From positions 2,146,217-2,210,216 of the forward strand of contig OX639992.1 in assembly GCA_951828515.1 (NCBI GenBank): a stretch of DNA of 64,000 bases. The letters run 5' to 3'. Both the position numbers and the translations under genes were made by a program. This stretch comes from an uncultured Poribacteria bacterium. GTDB lineage: Bacteria; Poribacteria; WGA-4E; WGA-3G. The first letter of the stretch is position 1, and each line of letters starts with the position of its first letter. A model generated the notes under the pieces. That model had not been told where the DNA came from and ran no database searches. It worked only from the letters and a program-made list of their open reading frames with translations. This document shows, piece after piece, positions 57,052 through 64,000 of the stretch.

Positions 57052-58140
57052 CTACTGCTTAACAACGAATATTATATCTGCATCGGTTGAGTAAGGTTCA
57101 CCCTCCCAGTAGAAATTCAGTTCAAAGCCAGGACCTTGATTGACCCCAGTCAGATAATTGTTCACGTTTTCTGAAATTAAATGCCTAGCCCTTTTCAACT
57201 TCCATGAACTGAAAAAATCGCTTTTATCTACCAGCACTAAAAACAAACGATTTGAAGCATCAAAACGCCGTGTACCTTGGTTTTCATATAGCCATCGAAC
57301 AAGTGGTTCTGGATTCACGATACAATCATCTAACAACGCCTCTCGATATTCTTGCAGCTCGCTTATTAGTTCTTGGGCACTATGCTGTGGATTGTCGTCA
57401 AGCTTACGCCATAAATCTGGAATCAATATTGAATCTGGTACTGACGTGTCAAAACCAACATCGAGTGCCCGAGCTAAGCCTTTCATCAAGGTTAATTCCG
57501 GACGAAGATCACGAGACCTGCGGTGATCTTTAATATACCCCTCAGGCAAATAGGTAACCTTCAAGTCAAAAGGTTTGTTGTTAACGAAAAAGTCGATTTT
57601 CTTTATTTGTCCGATTGCTGGAATTACACTAACATGTTCTTTAAAAATGTCTTCAATGATGATAGAACTCCAATGGTTGTACCACGAAGCTACTACATAA
57701 GCCCGCAAACTGTTATGAAGATTGCCTTCTATCTCGTTTTGCAAGGATTCGTAAGAGGTAATCTGTTTCACATATCTGTTAACAATTGTTGTCTCTAAAC
57801 TATTCTGATGTAAACCACCCCAATCAAAAGACTCGATTTTATACAACTCGTTGATTAACTGTTGTTCGTTATCACGTCGGATTTTCCGCTCTTTTTCAAA
57901 CAATTCTTGTATGACATCGTCTATATCTTCTAATCGGATAGCCGATTCATAAATATACTGCAGTTTCTCTACTACCTTAAGCCTTCCTACTTTTAGTTCA
58001 AATTTGTGGATTAGGTAATCAAGGTATTCCTTCCGCGAGAGCGAACATAGTTTCAAAAACCGCATTCCATCATCTGTCTTCGCTAGTTCGCGAATTTTAT
58101 CATTTTTGTAGAGATTCATTGTCCCGTTAAAGTTTAACAT
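57052..58140 (-). CDS. Putative PD-(D/E)xK restriction endonuclease
   Basis: IEDIF ... IDFF....FDLKVT motif; start lies 2 bp after the MTase stop; AT-rich. Confidence 0.65.
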   Translation of the reverse strand: MLNFNGTMNLYKNDKIRELAKTDDGMRFLKLCSLSRKEYLDYLIHKFELKVGRLKVVEKLQYIYESAIRLEDIDDVIQELFEKERKIRRDNEQQLINELYKIESFDWGGLHQNSLETTIVNRYVKQITSYESLQNEIEGNLHNSLRAYVVASWYNHWSSIIIEDIFKEHVSVIPAIGQIKKIDFFVNNKPFDLKVTYLPEGYIKDHRRSRDLRPELTLMKGLARALDVGFDTSVPDSILIPDLWRKLDDNPQHSAQELISELQEYREALLDDCIVNPEPLVRWLYENQGTRRFDASNRLFLVLVDKSDFFSSWKLKRARHLISENVNNYLTGVNQGPGFELNFYWEGEPYSTDADIIFVVKQ

Positions 58141-58142
58141 CT

Positions 58143-59690
58143 TCAACAAATCCCCTTTGGGTGTCGGGTTGTCCATCCATTTGTAAATTTAAAAGTATCT
58201 ATAATACGGACTTGATCTTCTTTTTTCATGGATTTGCCATATAGCAACACGAAATCTGTTTTTAATCCTCCTTTTCTGTTGTCTTGAAGAATTGATCCAG
58301 CAGAATATACTACAGGATAACATCCAAGGTAGACCAGATCTGAAGTCGCTTCCAATTCTCGCAGGCTATCCCAATAATGTGTTGAACGTGTATTAAACAT
58401 GAATGCTAAAACTCCATTTTTCTCCAGGACCCGAGAGCACTCATGAAAAATTGATGCTAACTTTTTCTTATAGGCAAGTATGTCTTTACCGCGCTCTTTC
58501 GCGTTTGAAACAACGAGCTCATCTTCATAGTTTGATTCAAGACCGATTATACCATTCCACATTTCGCTGAGCTCTAAATAAGGAATCCTGTCTCCGTGAG
58601 GAGGATCTGTTAAAACAACTTTGATTGTGCCTGTTGGGATATTCTTCAGAAGGACTTCGGAGTCGCCCTGCTGGATACAAGCTGATTGATTTCCATTTAT
58701 GAAGGAACTTAGAGAGGACGACATTACAACAGGGTTTGTTACGCCTGCTTCTCCAACAGCCTTTAATAATTTCTGAGCTTTGGTCGCGTAACAATTCCAT
58801 GCGTTTATTTCAAAATGTCGCGCTGGCTGCCAATATCCAACAGCCCAACTTCCTACCTCAATAGATCCCTTATCACGCAGAGAATCAACCTGCTTATCAA
58901 TTTTTGCTTTCACATTCTTGGTTTTATTTCTCTTTGAAATGGCGAAAACCATCTTGGACATTTGACCTGCTGATGCTGAAAGTATCAGGTGGAGAGCTCT
59001 CTTTAAATCACCAGAATACTGTTCTATTTCAGCCTTAATTAAGTCAATTGCTCGTAACGCACGAGGGGTGAAAATTTCTATAAAGCCACGGGTTTTCTGT
59101 GAGTTAATTCGCGAATTGTCAAACAAGCAGAGCTCCCTTAGCAGTCGTGGTTCGTACATTTCCACGTTTTGGAGCCTCTCTATTTCGTCTCTAGTTAGGT
59201 TAAGCTCAATGCGTTTTCGACCTTGTTTCGTCCATACTCGCGTTATTCGATCATTCTCCCATAGAATATGCGTAGCGTGATTTCCATCCGATAAGAGGTA
59301 CATAGAATTAATGAGTGCCTTAAGGCGATTTTCAACGCCATAAATAGCATTTCTTAAATCCATATAGTCCGGTGCTTGTAGATAAAGTTTTGTCAATTCA
59401 ATACTGATCGGATTAACATCAAAACCAATAAATCGACGATTTCGAGTGATGCACTCTTTCGCTATAAGCCCAGAACCGAGAAACGGGTCTAACACAATAC
59501 TATTGGGGGCTGTTAACTTTTCTATCAGAAATTGCCATGCCTCAATAGGCTTTTTCCCCCAATATTTGTGGAAACCAGCAAATCCTTTGTATCCCGCCGG
59601 TAGATGCGTATCACAAGTATGAATAGAGGATAACCGGTCACCGACTGTCCTATTTCCGTCAAAGTCAATAGTGGTTTGCAAATCACTCAA
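58143..59690 (-). CDS. Site-specific DNA methyltransferase (N6/N4, alpha-order)
   Basis: HKYWGKKP, LDPFLGSG (SAM binding), GFDVNP, catalytic-type TDPPH, RVL...G. Confidence 0.85.
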   Translation of the reverse strand: MSDLQTTIDFDGNRTVGDRLSSIHTCDTHLPAGYKGFAGFHKYWGKKPIEAWQFLIEKLTAPNSIVLDPFLGSGLIAKECITRNRRFIGFDVNPISIELTKLYLQAPDYMDLRNAIYGVENRLKALINSMYLLSDGNHATHILWENDRITRVWTKQGRKRIELNLTRDEIERLQNVEMYEPRLLRELCLFDNSRINSQKTRGFIEIFTPRALRAIDLIKAEIEQYSGDLKRALHLILSASAGQMSKMVFAISKRNKTKNVKAKIDKQVDSLRDKGSIEVGSWAVGYWQPARHFEINAWNCYATKAQKLLKAVGEAGVTNPVVMSSSLSSFINGNQSACIQQGDSEVLLKNIPTGTIKVVLTDPPHGDRIPYLELSEMWNGIIGLESNYEDELVVSNAKERGKDILAYKKKLASIFHECSRVLEKNGVLAFMFNTRSTHYWDSLRELEATSDLVYLGCYPVVYSAGSILQDNRKGGLKTDFVLLYGKSMKKEDQVRIIDTFKFTNGWTTRHPKGIC

Positions 59691-59712
59691 GGTTTTTTAA
59701 CCCCCAAAGTAC

Positions 59713-60345
59713 TCAAAAAAGCGTCAGTTTTGGAATTTCGACCGCTTCTTGTAACTTTCGCACAGTTTCGGCGATATCGTCGACAAGGACTTGTCGGAGT
59801 GCTGTAAAATTCTCACCCACCTGCCGTAGCACATAAGCAGGGTTAAACGTCGCCATAGCGAAGGGAGCATACGTGGTATCTGTAAACCAGACACCACGTT
59901 CCTCCGTAATGCGAAAACTGCGATGGATAAGCACTTTCGCGGCAGGCGCACCCATACATAAAATCACGGAAGGTTGCATCAAAGTCAACTCACCATCGAG
60001 CCATTTGGAACACGCCTTAATCTCTGATGCCTTCGGTGGACGGTTCTTCAACACATCCCCTTTACGACTCGCGGCGCGACACTTAATGATGTTTGTGAGC
60101 CAGATGTCGCTACGCGTTAACCCATTTGCGGTCAAAACATCATCAAGCATATCCCCAGCGGGACCTGAAAACGGCAGTGCTGTCCGATTATCAGCGGCAG
60201 ACGGACCCTCCGCAACAATCGCTAACTTTTCGGTAGCATCGCCGCTACCGAAAACAACATTCGCACGGGTTTTCGCTAAATCACAAGCCGTACAAACACT
60301 TGCCCGAGTTTTGAGGGCTTGCATCTGTGTCTGAACGTTACTCAT
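59713..60345 (-). CDS. Uracil-DNA glycosylase family 4 ([4Fe-4S]) homologue
   Basis: CTAC.L, VVFG.G, EGP, PF.G.AG, TN..KCR, NRPP...EI.AC; C-terminal motif NPA instead of HPA. Confidence 0.85.
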   Translation of the reverse strand: MSNVQTQMQALKTRASVCTACDLAKTRANVVFGSGDATEKLAIVAEGPSAADNRTALPFSGPAGDMLDDVLTANGLTRSDIWLTNIIKCRAASRKGDVLKNRPPKASEIKACSKWLDGELTLMQPSVILCMGAPAAKVLIHRSFRITEERGVWFTDTTYAPFAMATFNPAYVLRQVGENFTALRQVLVDDIAETVRKLQEAVEIPKLTLF

Positions 60346-60423
60346 CGTTTCACACCAATTTCTCTAAAAGAGGCGAGGCTACAAACCTCGCCAGCGAAAT
60401 CAGGTTTGGGTGCCTTGACGAAA

Positions 60424-62973
60424 CTACAGATTGCCTCCGGAAGTTTTCGCGAAGTGAACGCTGGCGTGTACTAACTGATCCGGTCGTACTCCCGTAAATG
60501 TCAGTTTATAAATCGGTTTGTCCCAATTATATTGATAATCGCTTCCATAGGTCGCCGCATTCATCGGTAGGTAATCATCCGGTACATGAATAAAGCAGGT
60601 TCCCTCAGCCTGCCTAAGTGGATTACAAACGAGCATGTAACTTTGGCTGTGTGTATCCCAACCAGCAGATAAAATCTCAACGCCGCCCTGCGTATAGTGC
60701 ATATCCGTGGCGAGCAATTGCGGTACGTTCTGTTCTTCACGGAAGCAAAGCAGTTTGGCAGAACGGGGTGGAATGTTCAACAAAGTTACACTGTTTGAAA
60801 CCTTTCCAAGATATTGGCGCATCCAGAAGTCGTGAACGAGAAATTCTTTAGATTTCGGTAACCCAAGTGTCTCCAGTTCAAAATAGGCATCATTCTCGTA
60901 GTCGTCCCAGTTGAAAACTGCGGCGAGATACCAAGCTTCACGAGGTGTTGATACCGGTAGACACCATATTTTTGGAAAAGGTTCATCGTAAAGGTCTATA
61001 GGTGTAGCCGCCTTACCTATGAGTGGAAAAATTTTTGCCAAGTAACCCGCACGCGACGAAGTCAGTGTCGTAAATTGGTCTGCGCACAAAACTGTCCCAC
61101 CACTCAATGCCGCCGCTGTCATTTCCACAATTGCCTCGTTGACAGGACGTGGTTCATTCACAGCAATCTCACCAAAGACGTGTCCCCAGAGAACGTTATG
61201 CTCCCTGAGATGTGCGGCATACCTGCTGAGACGATGCTTTGTGCCACGCTGATGATGCCACGAGTCATTTGCCCGATTGGAAGCCGCGCCCACAGCAGAA
61301 AGAGAAGGACTGAGGAGTGGCGTATTAATATCAATACTACCAAGGCATGGACCGGGTACAGCATTGTATCCGGCGAGTAGAATATCATCCTTCAGAGGCA
61401 CGTTTTCCGCCCGCGCCTCATCGACCGCCTCCCTGAGCAATTTTCCAGCGAGACGATAAAGTTCGACTGAGGTCAGACTGCTATCACGCCAACGCAAGTT
61501 GTGTGAAGCATTCGTGAGTCCCATCGTATAAGCTGTAAAGTCGGCGTTGATGAATGAATATCCACATTCACCAACGACCTGTTTAATCTGTTCACGAATA
61601 CGGGACTGCACCTCTGGATGCGAAACATCTAAGAGGGCGACCTCTTTACCACTCTCTGGCAAATGAACTGTGGCAGGTTTGGAACCGTTACGCGCAGAAT
61701 GCTTACGGGAGTATCTTCTTCCACCACGGGACGCAGTTTTCTCTTGTATACAATAGTTTGGATGGCTTTGGACAAGTGCCGAATCCAGGGCGGCACAGAA
61801 CGGATTGAACCGGATACCCGCTTTGAAACCTTTCGCTCGGATGTGACTGGTAATCGCTTGCATTTCCTCACGATTTTGCGATACCGAAGCCTCTGAACCC
61901 TGCGTAAAAACCCCCAATTCTGATTCCAAGATTGCATTCAATTGAATATAATCAATACCGCCTGGACAGTTCGGCTGAAACATCGGATTCTCGGCGAGCG
62001 CGTCTGTTTCGGTCAAGATAGCATTTGCATCAAGTGATCCCTCTGTATCGGCAAGCGTCCACACAGTAGTGGGCATGCTGTGTTCAAGGGTGGGCTGAGC
62101 CTCAGTAAGATCGCTTTCGTGTGCGATATTCCGCGCTGCTATAACCGAAGTATAATGTTCATAAGCTGCAGACACCCTATCTGTAAAATTGATGTAAGCA
62201 GTTTCGGAGGTGATTTCTTTACCGGAGTCGCACTGCTGCGTACACTCATGATAAAGGGACCACGGATTCACACCTGACGCGGACGACTTTTTACCATGCG
62301 ATTGCGAGCCGCGCCCACCATTTTTATGACAGCCGACTTGAATTCGGGGCCACCATTTCTCAGTCGTCAGGAAACCGAAGACAAGTGCTTTCCCGCCTTT
62401 TGTATCGCAAATTACACCATCATTGCCCGGATGCATAGCGTCGGTCTCACTCAGTAGAAACCCTTCATAGAGTTTTTTACTGACGCCAGGGGAAACAGGC
62501 GGCATGTTAATAAAGAGATGATAATCCGATGGAAGTCCGCCAAGTGACACAGCACCACGGTTGCCTGAAACCCCAAGCACCGTTACACTATCGAGTCGTA
62601 GTGGCTCCGATTTCAGGTTTTCAATACCAACCTTGAGGTGTATCGCGGGGTGTGCCGCATAGCACTTGAGATAGGTATTTATCCGCACCCCCTTCCCTGT
62701 CGCCTCATGAGAGAAGCGAATTTGGTGATAACTGCCGAAAGCATCGGTCTTCGGAAGTTCAGTGTTAAATTCGCGAGTGCCAGCGTCTTCAGTTTTGATG
62801 GTACTTCCATTGTTAAGGGTTATTTGTGTGGACCCCTCTCGGATAATTGTGTGACCACTCTCATCGACATAATCCCATGTTCCTTTTGAAAGGTTAAACT
62901 TAATCTCAAAATTAGCGTGGTTTATCACAGCGAGGTTGCCCTGCCGTGAAACTGTTATCACATTTGATCTCAT
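60424..62973 (-). CDS. Glycoside hydrolase clan D (GH36/GH27 alpha-galactosidase-like) protein, divergent
   Basis: Barrel motifs KGFKAGI.F.PF, V..HP.Y, LDVSHPEV, GY.FI.ADF, LSGG; C-terminal beta domain with VFNW and DFW; start placed at MRSNV (62973). Confidence 0.6.
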   Translation of the reverse strand: MRSNVITVSRQGNLAVINHANFEIKFNLSKGTWDYVDESGHTIIREGSTQITLNNGSTIKTEDAGTREFNTELPKTDAFGSYHQIRFSHEATGKGVRINTYLKCYAAHPAIHLKVGIENLKSEPLRLDSVTVLGVSGNRGAVSLGGLPSDYHLFINMPPVSPGVSKKLYEGFLLSETDAMHPGNDGVICDTKGGKALVFGFLTTEKWWPRIQVGCHKNGGRGSQSHGKKSSASGVNPWSLYHECTQQCDSGKEITSETAYINFTDRVSAAYEHYTSVIAARNIAHESDLTEAQPTLEHSMPTTVWTLADTEGSLDANAILTETDALAENPMFQPNCPGGIDYIQLNAILESELGVFTQGSEASVSQNREEMQAITSHIRAKGFKAGIRFNPFCAALDSALVQSHPNYCIQEKTASRGGRRYSRKHSARNGSKPATVHLPESGKEVALLDVSHPEVQSRIREQIKQVVGECGYSFINADFTAYTMGLTNASHNLRWRDSSLTSVELYRLAGKLLREAVDEARAENVPLKDDILLAGYNAVPGPCLGSIDINTPLLSPSLSAVGAASNRANDSWHHQRGTKHRLSRYAAHLREHNVLWGHVFGEIAVNEPRPVNEAIVEMTAAALSGGTVLCADQFTTLTSSRAGYLAKIFPLIGKAATPIDLYDEPFPKIWCLPVSTPREAWYLAAVFNWDDYENDAYFELETLGLPKSKEFLVHDFWMRQYLGKVSNSVTLLNIPPRSAKLLCFREEQNVPQLLATDMHYTQGGVEILSAGWDTHSQSYMLVCNPLRQAEGTCFIHVPDDYLPMNAATYGSDYQYNWDKPIYKLTFTGVRPDQLVHASVHFAKTSGGNL

Positions 62974-63004
62974 GTTTTCTAATTTTCCTTGCAGTTCGGT
63001 GAGG

Positions 63005-63736
63005 TTAATTGGCGGCAACTGCCCAACAAGATATGATCTCCGCGGGTTCATCCCCCGTTTGGGAAAGCGAAAAGGTGTCTCTGGGGTCGAGGAAAAGGAC
63101 ATCATGTCGTTTCAAAGCACACGTTTCTCCGGCATCAGTCGTCACTTCAGCACATCCATCCCTTAGCACATAAATTGACTCGCTGTCTATCGGTTCATGT
63201 GCAAAGTTTTCCCCTTTGTTGAGATAGATGTAATCTAAGGAGAGGTGTACAGAGCCTTTTTGTGGAGAGACCACACTTCGCCATTCGGTGGATTTTCCAA
63301 ACACAGGACCACTGCGCGCCATATTGATGACTTGGACGTTACTGCGATGTCCGTCTTGAGGTGTAGGCGCTGTATTCGGGGTATCCCGTTCGCCTCGGTA
63401 GAGTGCCATATCCGGCGGAGCCTGGAAGCTAATTAAACGCGCCATGTTCGGGGTCGTATTCACCGTTCCATGTACCTCGCCTGCCGGCACAAAGATAACA
63501 TCGCCCGCAGCAATCGGTGTATAGACCGCCCCTTGGCGGATAGCTCCACCACCTTCTAAAACGACAATCGCGTCTTCCGATGCATCGTGATAATGCTGTG
63601 TAAACTCTTGACCGGGGGCGTGAACCCCATGATTTAAGGTCAGCTGTTTGGAACCCATATCAGGATGCACGACACGCCAATTTTTACCTTTGCCCATTTG
63701 AAAGGGCGTTCCGGATTGGAGATTCAAAATTTCCAT
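63005..63736 (-). CDS. Bicupin domain protein
   Basis: HYH..SE...VLEG ... GDVIFVPAGEVH; degenerate second cupin domain. Confidence 0.82.
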   Translation of the reverse strand: MEILNLQSGTPFQMGKGKNWRVVHPDMGSKQLTLNHGVHAPGQEFTQHYHDASEDAIVVLEGGGAIRQGAVYTPIAAGDVIFVPAGEVHGTVNTTPNMARLISFQAPPDMALYRGERDTPNTAPTPQDGHRSNVQVINMARSGPVFGKSTEWRSVVSPQKGSVHLSLDYIYLNKGENFAHEPIDSESIYVLRDGCAEVTTDAGETCALKRHDVLFLDPRDTFSLSQTGDEPAEIISCWAVAAN

Positions 63737-64000
63737 GTTTTTAATTTTCCTTGCGGAGGAACAACGTGCGTTAGAATTATCGGATGCGTCCCTTAAATCC
63801 GCTCTCCATTACATTACGAGCTACGGGCTTTGAGGCTATTGTAGCATAACCTGTTAGGTTGTGCATCTTCGCGCAGGAACCCAACAGTTTCCAACCAAGG
63901 CAGCCGCGTAAGTCCTGTTAATATTTACAACTTTTCTCATAAAACGATACAACTGTATCCCCGTAACGCGCGTGCCGACTCCGCCTCAAATTCCCGACAC

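Noticed and set aside
62974..63105. N-terminal extension of the GH36-like ORF
   Set aside because: Overlaps the cupin gene and the repeat terminus; ATG 62973 is the better start
1..64000. tRNA, rRNA or known riboswitch
   Set aside because: No cloverleaf or T-loop signature and no rRNA motif recognised by eye; an Infernal/tRNAscan run would be needed to exclude them formally

Overview
Bacterial genomic window with nearly all genes on the minus strand. The lineage is probably Candidatus Poribacteria or a relative, inferred from LamG/Ig secreted proteins ending in a 'KL.T.WG.LK' motif and a very dense intergenic repeat landscape; this is not verified. The core (about 21.4-54.3 kb) is one co-oriented respiratory supercluster. 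It contains a Rieske protein, a split cytochrome b6-like pair, an octaheme cytochrome c, a CydA-like 'bd-like' subunit with no CydB, four more c-type cytochromes, two cupredoxin-like proteins and an ABC pair. It continues with an A1-type heme-copper oxidase with CtaA/CtaB/SCO, followed by a USP/PCP_red/Mrp module. Two IS200/IS605 (OMEGA) elements are present. One is an intact IsrB plus omegaRNA element inserted between a ribosome-binding site and its start codon inside the oxidase operon, where the empty site would rebuild guide + TTGA TAM. The other is a protein-less element with a near-consensus promoter and a TnpB-type omegaRNA 3' end, a candidate orphan guide RNA. The window also holds three tandem serine hydrolases, Ig-repeat surface proteins, an AT-rich MTase/endonuclease pair and an internally deleted MTase. 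At least five dispersed repeat families occur: one abuts seven start codons, and two are translated in frame inside proteins. No rRNA, tRNA or CRISPR array was seen.
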